Positions 56,823 through 64,000 of a stretch of DNA of 64,000 nucleotides are shown here, one piece after another. The notes under the pieces were generated by a model that had not been told where the DNA came from, searched no databases, and was given only the letters and a program-made list of their open reading frames with translations. Position 1 is the stretch's first letter. Every line of letters begins with the position of its first letter. The stretch lies in contig JAIEUA010000016.1 in assembly GCA_019744815.1 (NCBI GenBank), positions 11,502-75,501 of the forward strand. The letters run 5' to 3'. A program made the position numbers and the translations under genes. Source of the stretch: Phycisphaerales bacterium. Lineage in GTDB: Bacteria; Planctomycetota; Phycisphaerae; Phycisphaerales; UBA1924.

Positions 56823-58027
56823 TTCAGCCCGAAGACATCTCGCGCAAGGCCCTCGCGATCTATCGCGAGTACCTGCGTGCTTGGGTTCAGGGGGATGGTC
56901 AGTACTTTCCACGGCGCGTGCCCGCTCAAAGGGACCCGGGACCTGATGTCGTCACCGCGATTGACCAGGTCAGACGGTTGCGCGAGGGTTCAGAGGAAGT
57001 GCTCGGGTACGGATACTCCGTGGAGTGGAAGGAGGTTCAGTCGCGGCGGCACGGAAAGAACCTGTTCCCCAGCAAGGTGCTTTTCGCCACCGAGCTTGAT
57101 CTCTTGCGTGTAATTGGTAAGGAACGGGAGTTCCGAAGGTTCACAGAGGCGGTCACTCGCCTCAGGGCCGAGTTTCCCGAACTGGATTCATGGGTCAGGT
57201 CAAACATCGGGGTCTTCACTGACGCCGCGCCAGACCTGGAGGGTCTGGTCGAAGTCCTTCGGTACTTCAAGGAGCATCCACGCCCGAATCTATTCGCTCG
57301 GGAGCTCCCACTGTCCGTGGACTCCAAGTTCATCGAGCGCCATGAGCGACTCCTCGCGCAATGGCTGGACGTCATCCTGCCGCCGCACGAAGTGCGTGCA
57401 GACGAGGACCACTTTGCGCGTCGGTACGGACTCCGCTATCACGAGCCCGACATATTCGTGCGATTTCTCGACCCCGCCGTTCAGGCTGAGCTGGGGATTC
57501 CCTACGAGGCTCTGGCGGTCCCGCTGCACACGGTGGGTGGTTGGACCATTCGGAACGTCCGCGCAATGATCGTCGAGAACCGCGTGAACCTGATGACTTT
57601 GCCGAAGTGCACGCGCACTGTCGCCATCGGCGGCCTGGGGAACGGTGCATCGCTGCTGCGGTATGTCTCCTGGCTCCAGCACGCCCGCGTGTGTTATTGG
57701 GGCGATCTGGACAGCGAGGGCATTGTGATCCTGTCTCGAGTCCGATCCATATATCCGGCGACCGAGAGCCTGTTCATGGATTGCGCGACGCTAGATCTCT
57801 TCCGCCACCTCGCGGGCAAGGGCAGCGGACGTCGCCCTCCCGGGCCCCCAGCAAATCTGACACCATCCGAGGCGGAGGCGTTCAGGATCTGCGATGAAGA
57901 AGGGCTGCGACTCGAACAGGAGCGCATTCCACAGGCGGCCGTGGTCGAGGCGTTCGCGCACAGGCTGGGTGCGAGGCATGACGCTCCGATGTCCAGTTCT
58001 CTCGTCGCTTCCAAGCGTCAGGTCTGA
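56819..58027 (+). CDS. jetD: Wadjet system Toprim nuclease JetD (DUF3322 + DUF2220)
   Basis: N-terminal YFPRRVP...GYGYSVEW...HGKNLFPSKVLF (DUF3322-like). C-terminal Toprim residues MIVENRVN and YWGDLDSEGIVIL. ATGA overlap with jetC. Confidence 0.8.
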   Translation: MIQPEDISRKALAIYREYLRAWVQGDGQYFPRRVPAQRDPGPDVVTAIDQVRRLREGSEEVLGYGYSVEWKEVQSRRHGKNLFPSKVLFATELDLLRVIGKEREFRRFTEAVTRLRAEFPELDSWVRSNIGVFTDAAPDLEGLVEVLRYFKEHPRPNLFARELPLSVDSKFIERHERLLAQWLDVILPPHEVRADEDHFARRYGLRYHEPDIFVRFLDPAVQAELGIPYEALAVPLHTVGGWTIRNVRAMIVENRVNLMTLPKCTRTVAIGGLGNGASLLRYVSWLQHARVCYWGDLDSEGIVILSRVRSIYPATESLFMDCATLDLFRHLAGKGSGRRPPGPPANLTPSEAEAFRICDEEGLRLEQERIPQAAVVEAFAHRLGARHDAPMSSSLVASKRQV

Positions 58028-58308
58028 CGCAGGCAGTTGCAGGGAATCAGAAACCGATATACCAAGACACCAACAATCTCTGGCATTCGCCTGCCGAAGT
58101 CGCAAAGGCGCATGGTGTGCCCCTTGTCCCCTCACTCCGACGGCTTCCGGGGCGACCCCGCACACCGGAGCCTTCGTCGGTCCGCACCCTTAAGTCCAGC
58201 GGATTGTCTCTCTATGAAGAACTGTCGCAGAGATGTAGTGCGCTGAGGGTCGGGTGGTTCGGCGATTCGGACGGTGCCGAGGCTGCGCGGTTGGGAATAT
58301 GTGTGTAG

Positions 58309-60555
58309 CTAACTGGCTTTGGCATGTGAGCGAGAGTGCGCCACACGAAGGGTCCTCAAGCCGTTCCCCACCACAAGCAGACTCGCCCCGACATCGGCGA
58401 CCACAGCCATCCACATCGTGGCCCCCCCTCCCACCGCCAGGCCGAAGAAGATCACCTTGATGCCGATGGCCAGCGCGATGTTCTGGGTCAGAATCGCCCC
58501 GGTGCGGCGAGAAAGCAGCACGAATTCCGGCAGACCGCGAAGGTCGTCCTGCATGAGTGCCACGTCAGCGGTTTCGAGGGCCGTGTCGGTGCCCGCCGCG
58601 CCCATCGCAACGCCGATGGTGGATCTGGCGAGGGCCGGGGCGTCGTTGACGCCGTCGCCGACCATGCCGACGGCGTCCCCGTGCCTCTCGAGCAGGCGTT
58701 CGATCTCGGCGAGTTTGTCCTCGGGGAGCATCCCGCCGCGGGCTTCGTCGATGCCGACCGTCTTGGCGATCGCTGCGGCGGTGGTCTGGTTGTCGCCGGA
58801 GAGCATGAGTGTCTTGATGCCCAGATCGTGCAGCGACTTGATTGCGGCAACACTGCTCTCACGGGGCGTGTCGGCCACGGCGATGACGCCCAGCACGGCG
58901 CTCTCAGAGGCGACGACCACCGTCGTCTTGCCCTGTACCTCGAAGTGACTCAGAACGGCCTCTACCTCCAACGAGCAGACCTTGCGCTCCTCCGCGAGAC
59001 GGTGATTACCAACGAAGTACACGATTCCGTCGATGCGTCCTTCGACGCCCCGGCCAGTGAGCGACTTGAAGTTTGCGACGCTCGCCCGCTCGCCATTCCA
59101 CGCCGCCACCACCGCAAGCGCGACCGGGTGCTGCGAGAGCGCATCCAGACTCGCCGCGATTCGCAGCACCTCGTCCTTGCTCGCGTTTCCGATCGGCTGC
59201 ACGTCTGTCACGCGGGGCTTGCCCTCGGTGATCGTCCCGGTCTTATCCAGCGCGACGACTTTCAGTTTGCGCCCGTTCTCCAGATGCACGCCGCCCTTGA
59301 TGAGGATTCCGCGGCGGGCCGCCGCCGTCAGGCCGCTGACGACCGTCACGGGCGTCGAGATCACTAGGGCGCAGGGGCACGCGATCACTAGGAGCACCAG
59401 CGCCTTGTACAGCCACGGGTAGAACGGCTGCCCGAACGCGAGCCACGGCACCACAGCAACCAGCACCGCCGCGACGCACACAACCGGCGTGTAGACCCGG
59501 GCGAAGTTGTCCACGAATCGCTGCGTCGGCGCTCGGCTCCCTTGCGCCTCCTGCACCGTCCGGATGATCTTGGCGAGCGTCGTCTGGTCCTTGCCGCCAG
59601 TGGTTCGGAACTCGAGCACGCCCGACTCGTTGATGGTCCCGGCGAAGACCTTGTCGCCCGCCTTCTTGTCCACTGGCACGGACTCGCCCGTCACCGGGGC
59701 CTGGTTGACGCTCGACTCGCCCGCGACCACCACGCCGTCGAGCGCGAGCCGCTCGCCGGGCTTCACCTGCACGATGCCCCCCACGGGCACCTCACCGGCG
59801 CGCGTCAGATTCCACGATCCGTCGGGCTGCTTGACGCTCGCCTGGTCGGGGGCCATCGCCATGAGCCCCTTGACGGCGTTGCGGGCGCGGTCCAAGGCCT
59901 TGGCCTCGATCAACTCGGCGAGGCCGAAAAGAAACGTCACCAGCGCGATCTCCGGCCACGCGCCGATGAACGCCCCGCCGACGATCGCCACCGTCATCAG
60001 GAAGTTGATGTTGAGCGTGAAGGTCCGAAGCGCGACCCAGCCTTTCTTCAATGTCGGCAGGCCGCCGAGCAAGATCGAGAGGACCGACGCCGCGATCACC
60101 GGGGCCGAGGTCTCCTTCACACCCGCGAAGTACATCGCCTCCGCGCCGGCCGCAAGAATCCCGGCAAGGATGAACAGCCCATACTTCTTCCACCACGGCC
60201 GCGCATCCTCCTTCGCCGCAGCGTGGTCATCGCCGGGCGCGCACGCCGCGCCGCCGCAGTCGCCGCCCGCCTCCGTGCCGGTCCCGCCTGCGGGCGAAAC
60301 CAGCGTCGGCGTCATCCCCACCGAGCGCACCTTCTTCGCCAGTTGCTCGGGCGTGGCCGCCGCCGCGTCGTGCGAGACCGTCATCGTCCGCGTCACCACG
60401 TTGCACTCGACCGACAAAACCCCCGCCATCCCGCCCACGGCCTTGCGCAGCACCTGCTCCTCGGCGGCGCAGTCGAGTTGGTCAATACGGATGATTGTTG
60501 TCGCCGCGCCGGGCTTGGCGGGGGGCGTGGGCGGCATTGCGCGGGTCGTGGGCAT
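58309..60555 (-). CDS. Heavy-metal translocating P1B-type ATPase (Cd/Zn/Co-type)
   Basis: N-terminal HMA-like domain (IRIDQLDCAAEEQVL), CPC motif (IACPCALVISTP), DKTGTIT, GDGVNDAPAL. Start set at the ATG at 60555, preceded by GAAGGAAAAG. The ORF-track extension to 60846 was rejected. Confidence 0.9.
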   Translation of the reverse strand: MPTTRAMPPTPPAKPGAATTIIRIDQLDCAAEEQVLRKAVGGMAGVLSVECNVVTRTMTVSHDAAAATPEQLAKKVRSVGMTPTLVSPAGGTGTEAGGDCGGAACAPGDDHAAAKEDARPWWKKYGLFILAGILAAGAEAMYFAGVKETSAPVIAASVLSILLGGLPTLKKGWVALRTFTLNINFLMTVAIVGGAFIGAWPEIALVTFLFGLAELIEAKALDRARNAVKGLMAMAPDQASVKQPDGSWNLTRAGEVPVGGIVQVKPGERLALDGVVVAGESSVNQAPVTGESVPVDKKAGDKVFAGTINESGVLEFRTTGGKDQTTLAKIIRTVQEAQGSRAPTQRFVDNFARVYTPVVCVAAVLVAVVPWLAFGQPFYPWLYKALVLLVIACPCALVISTPVTVVSGLTAAARRGILIKGGVHLENGRKLKVVALDKTGTITEGKPRVTDVQPIGNASKDEVLRIAASLDALSQHPVALAVVAAWNGERASVANFKSLTGRGVEGRIDGIVYFVGNHRLAEERKVCSLEVEAVLSHFEVQGKTTVVVASESAVLGVIAVADTPRESSVAAIKSLHDLGIKTLMLSGDNQTTAAAIAKTVGIDEARGGMLPEDKLAEIERLLERHGDAVGMVGDGVNDAPALARSTIGVAMGAAGTDTALETADVALMQDDLRGLPEFVLLSRRTGAILTQNIALAIGIKVIFFGLAVGGGATMWMAVVADVGASLLVVGNGLRTLRVAHSRSHAKAS

Positions 60556-60585
60556 GGTCTTTTCCTTCGCGGTGCGCGTCGCCGC

Positions 60586-60800
60586 GACCGTCCGAATCAC
60601 ATGGACACCCGTCCGCTTCGCCCGGACGTTCGTCCGGGCACCTCGCACGCCCGTGCGGGTCGGCGGGGTAGTCGTCCGGCATGCTCGACCGACCGTCCGG
60701 GTGGGTGGGACGGTCGTCCGGTTCAGTCGGACGGTCGTCCCGATGAGCCGGACGGGGGGCCCGGCCGGTCGGACGAGCGGGCGGACCGTGCGTCCGGTGG
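60586..60800. repeat. Dense array of CGTCCG/CGGACG half-sites and GGACG-N2-5-CGTCC palindromes
   Basis: At least 13 half-sites in about 215 bp. They include CCCGGACGTTCGTCCGGG (60621-60638), GGACGGTCGTCC twice (60709-60720, 60730-60741) and CGGACCGTGCGTCCG (60783-60797). Located just upstream of the ATPase start. Confidence 0.7.
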
Positions 60801-61080
60801 CGGCTTCGCGCGCCTCCGGCTCCGCCGCCAGAGCATCCATCCCCACACGGAGAGGCCGGTCAGCCCGAGGGCTACCACAACGAGCCAGACATCAATATGG
60901 AGGTGCCCGGAGCGGCGGAACTCGCCCAGCATCCCCGCGCTGACGGCCCAGTCGGTCACCAGGGCCAGCGCGGAGATGACGATGATGAACACCAGCAGCC
61001 AGGGCGGGGACTTGCCCCGCGCCCGCCGCTGCGGAGGCGATCCGGACGGGCCAGCGCGCGACCGCTGGGTGTGTCGGCCC

Positions 61081-61377
61081 TTACTTCTTGGGCGCGGGCT
61101 TGGCATGGTCGTGCCCGTCGCCTTCCTTGTGGTCATCGTCCTTGTGACCCTTGGCCGCGCATTCCTTGCACTCGCCGTGGGCGACGACGCGGATGGATGT
61201 GCCCTCACGCACCCACAGGTGGGCGCCTTCGCCGTCGGGCGTGACAAAGTACTGCGGCTCACTCTTGACGGGCTGGCTGGCCCCCTGGCCCATCATCACG
61301 GCGGCAAGGGCGGTCAGGCCAACACCGGCGGCGAGGCCAACGAGCAGGGACTTGGAACGCGGAGTGGACTGGTTCAT
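61081..61377 (-). CDS. Small secreted His/Cys/Asp-rich protein (putative periplasmic metal-binding protein)
   Basis: Signal-like LLVGLAAGVGLTALAAVMMGQGA. C-terminus HGECKECAAKGHKDDDHKEGDGHDHAK. GGAG lies 8 nt before the ATG. Sits between the RND pump and ATPase genes. Confidence 0.5.
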   Translation of the reverse strand: MNQSTPRSKSLLVGLAAGVGLTALAAVMMGQGASQPVKSEPQYFVTPDGEGAHLWVREGTSIRVVAHGECKECAAKGHKDDDHKEGDGHDHAKPAPKK

Positions 61378-61455
61378 TGAAAGGCTCCATTCTGAAAGGA
61401 GAACACGGATGAGATCGCCGGGCGCTCGCGGGGCACATGCCCGCGAGGTCGGCGA

Positions 61456-64000
61456 TCACGATTTGGGATCGGGCTTTGGGTCCGCCGAGGGCGGCGTGGT
61501 GGGTGGCGGCGTGGGTGGTGAAGGCGGCGGAGGCGGTGGCGCGGAGACTGGGCCGGGGGTCACCTCGTTGTGGCCCGTTTGTAGAGCGCCCTCGGTTGCG
61601 TGCGCTGTGACAACCACTGCGCCGCCCGCGAGTGCGGGAGTCGGTTCATCCTTCTCCCATACCTCGGGCCTCGGGCCGGGCAGGCCGTCCTTTCTCGTGC
61701 CGGTGAAGATGCGGTAGAGGGCCGGGAGCACGATGAGCGTGAGCAACGTGCTCGAGATCAGGCCGCCGATGACGACGGTGGCGAGGGGACGCTGCACCTC
61801 CGCGCCCGTGCCGCGGGCCAGCGCCATCGGCACGAAGCCGAGCGATGCGACGAGCGCGGTCATGAGCACGGGACGCAAGCGCGTGATCGAGCCGTGGATG
61901 ATCGCGTCCTCCACGCGTTCGCCCTTCTCTCGCAACTGGTTGATGAAGATGATCATCACCAGCCCGTTCAGAACCGCGACGCCCGAGAGGGCGATGAAGC
62001 CCACCGCCGCCGAGATCGAGAAGGGCATGCCGCGGACCCAGAGCGCGATGACGCCGCCGGTCAGCCCCAGCGGCACCGCCGCGAAGACCAGGAGCGAGTA
62101 CTTGAAGCTCTTGAAGGTGGCGAAGAGCAGCAGCAGGATCAGGACAAAGCAGATCGGCACGACGATGGTGAGCCGCTCTTTGGCCGCGACCAGGTTCTCG
62201 TACTGCCCGCCCCACACGAGCCACTGCCCGGCGGGGAGGCTCACCTGCGCCATCTTGGTCTGGGCTTCGTTCACGAACGACCCCAGGTCTCGCCCGCGGA
62301 CGTTGCACTGCACGACGATGCGCCGCTTGCCGTTCTCGCGGCTGATCTGGTTGATGCCCTCGGCGATCTCGACCCGCGCCACCGCGCCCAGCGGGACAAA
62401 GCCCATCTCCTGCTGCCCTTGCAAGAGGCCCGTGCCGCCGTCGATGCTGGCGGTTTGGATGACCTGCTTTGCCTCGCCCTCGCCGCGCGGCAGCGGGATC
62501 GGGAGGCGTTCGAGCATGTCGATCTTGCCGCGCAGGTCGTCGGGGAGACGCACCACCAGGTCAAAGCGGCGGTCGCCCTCAAAGACGAGGCCCGCCTCGC
62601 GGCCGCCCATCGCGACTGCCACGACCTCCTGCACGTCTGAGACGTTCAGCCCGTAGCGAGCAAGGGCCGCGCGATCCGGCTCGACGGTCATGACGGGCAG
62701 CCCCTCGGTCTGCTCGACCTTGGCATCCGCTGCGCCCGGGACGGATTGCAGCGTGGCCAGCACACTCGCGGCGGTCTTCTGCATCGACGCGAAGTCGTCG
62801 CCATACACCTTGACCGCCACATCGCCACGCACGCCCGAGATCAACTCATTGAAGCGCATCTGGATCGGCTGCGTGAACTCGTAGTTCTGACCCGGCTGGG
62901 CTGCTGAGATCGCCTGGATCAGCTCCAGCAACGCGCCTTTGTGCCCCGCGAAGCTCGGCCCTTCCTCCTTCTCCGCTTCACCTTCCTGGTGCCCACCAAG
63001 TCCCGCGCGCTCATTCTCTTCTCGCCTCTCGGCGGCAAGGCGACGGAGTGCCTCTTCGCTTCGCCACTCGGACCTTGGCTTGAAGATCACAAAGGTGTCT
63101 GAGATGTTTGGGGGCATCGGGTCGGCTGCCAGCTCCGCAGTACCCGTCTTGGAGAAGATGAACGCCACTTCGGGAAGGGTGGAGATCGCCTTCTCCAGGC
63201 TCTGCTGCATCGCATGGGACTGCGAGAGCGAGGTGCTTGGCATGCGCAGTGCCTGCAAGGCCAAGTCCTTCTCATCGAGCGTCGGGACGAACTCCTGCCC
63301 GAGCCGGGTGAAGAGGGCCAGCGAGCCCAGGAACGCCACCACCGCGCCGATCACCACTGCGTAACGGAGCCTGACGGCCCAGCGGACCACCGGCTCGTAG
63401 ACCTTCTTGGCCCAACGGATCAGGAACATGTCCTTTTCGGTAACCTTGCCGGTGATGCACAGGGCGACCATCGCGGGGATGAAGGTCAAGGACAGGATGA
63501 ACGCCGCGATGAGGGCGAGGATGACGGTCAGGGCCATCGGATGGAACATCTTGCCTTCCACCCCGGACAATGCCAGGATTGGGAAGTAGACCGTGATGAT
63601 GATCGCCTCGCCGAAGGCGGTGGCCTTGCGGACCTCTTTGCTCGCGTCGAAAACGATGTGCAGCCGCTCTTGCAGCGTGAGCAATCTGCCCTTGTGGTGC
63701 TGCTCCTCGGCCAAACGCCTGAGGCAGTTTTCCACGATGATGACCGCGCCGTCCACGATCAGGCCGAAGTCGATCGCCCCCAGCGACATCAGGTTGCCGC
63801 TTACCTTGCTCTGCACCATGCCGGTGGCGGTCATCAGCATCGACAGGGGGATCGCCATCGAACAGATGAGCGCGGCCCGCCAGTTGCCCAGCAGCAGCAA
63901 GAGCACCACGATCACCAGGATCGCGCCCTCGAGCAGGTTCTTCTGCACGGTCTTGATCGTCGCGTCCACGAGTTTGGTGCGGTTCAGAACCGTCTTGGCC
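61456..64000 (-). CDS. CzcA/CusA-family heavy-metal efflux RND permease; N-terminus outside the window; Pro-rich C-terminal tail
   Basis: AIDFGLIVDGAVIIVEN, LSGVEGKMF and typical 12-TM RND layout. The frame stays open to the window end. The last 80 aa or so are P/T-rich (PPPPPPSPPTPPPTTPP). Confidence 0.9.
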   Translation of the reverse strand, partial: AKTVLNRTKLVDATIKTVQKNLLEGAILVIVVLLLLLGNWRAALICSMAIPLSMLMTATGMVQSKVSGNLMSLGAIDFGLIVDGAVIIVENCLRRLAEEQHHKGRLLTLQERLHIVFDASKEVRKATAFGEAIIITVYFPILALSGVEGKMFHPMALTVILALIAAFILSLTFIPAMVALCITGKVTEKDMFLIRWAKKVYEPVVRWAVRLRYAVVIGAVVAFLGSLALFTRLGQEFVPTLDEKDLALQALRMPSTSLSQSHAMQQSLEKAISTLPEVAFIFSKTGTAELAADPMPPNISDTFVIFKPRSEWRSEEALRRLAAERREENERAGLGGHQEGEAEKEEGPSFAGHKGALLELIQAISAAQPGQNYEFTQPIQMRFNELISGVRGDVAVKVYGDDFASMQKTAASVLATLQSVPGAADAKVEQTEGLPVMTVEPDRAALARYGLNVSDVQEVVAVAMGGREAGLVFEGDRRFDLVVRLPDDLRGKIDMLERLPIPLPRGEGEAKQVIQTASIDGGTGLLQGQQEMGFVPLGAVARVEIAEGINQISRENGKRRIVVQCNVRGRDLGSFVNEAQTKMAQVSLPAGQWLVWGGQYENLVAAKERLTIVVPICFVLILLLLFATFKSFKYSLLVFAAVPLGLTGGVIALWVRGMPFSISAAVGFIALSGVAVLNGLVMIIFINQLREKGERVEDAIIHGSITRLRPVLMTALVASLGFVPMALARGTGAEVQRPLATVVIGGLISSTLLTLIVLPALYRIFTGTRKDGLPGPRPEVWEKDEPTPALAGGAVVVTAHATEGALQTGHNEVTPGPVSAPPPPPPSPPTPPPTTPPSADPKPDPKS

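Noticed and set aside
60556-60846. N-terminal 97-aa extension of the P-type ATPase (MGMDALAAEP...RTAKEKT)
   Set aside because: Its peptide is repetitive and R/T/V/P-rich, generated by the CGTCCG DNA repeats, with no metal-binding motif. A good SD (GAAGGAAAAG) precedes the internal ATG at 60555, after which the HMA-like domain starts.

Overview
High-GC bacterial chromosome segment. Hand counts on a few 60-nt lines give about 70-77% GC in core genes. Gene content and the Asp-rich Cys-bracketed C-terminal repeats hint at Planctomycetota/Phycisphaerae, but that is inference only. Most of the window is housekeeping: rpsT, pstSCAB, ribD, ribH-nusB-ftsY, eno, gcvT, panC, a ygfZ-like gene, an M42 peptidase, a sugar ABC importer and four intact tRNAs (Arg-ACG, Glu-CUC, Leu-CAG, Arg-CCG). 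I recognised no rRNA, CRISPR array, transposase or integrase. Four accessory patches stand out. (1) A lower-GC island (about 55-58% on sampled lines) at about 49.4-58.3 kb carries a complete, translationally coupled Wadjet jetABCD operon. It is divergently paired with a 508-aa Fic protein across a 303-bp control region holding helically phased direct repeats, and a decayed tRNA-like sequence sits at the left edge. (2) A low-GC three-gene cassette (DUF2071-like, SAM methyltransferase-like, small membrane protein) at 37.1-39.05 kb lies between eno and a degenerate duplicate of the eno 3' end next to tRNA-Arg(CCG). (3) An SPFH-GYF protein is paired with a double zinc-ribbon membrane protein beside an orphan secretin and a TPR lipoprotein. 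(4) A heavy-metal cluster (partial CzcA-type RND pump, small His-rich protein, P1B ATPase) is preceded by a dense array of CGTCCG/CGGACG sites. Non-coding oddities include perfect 8-bp tandem arrays ending directly at start codons, a 39-nt element present twice, a conserved terminator hairpin family, and a 79-nt near-perfect hairpin upstream of tRNA-Leu. Many very long ORFs in the track are antisense or out-of-frame shadows typical of high-GC DNA and were discarded. All family assignments come from motif recognition by eye, not from database searches.
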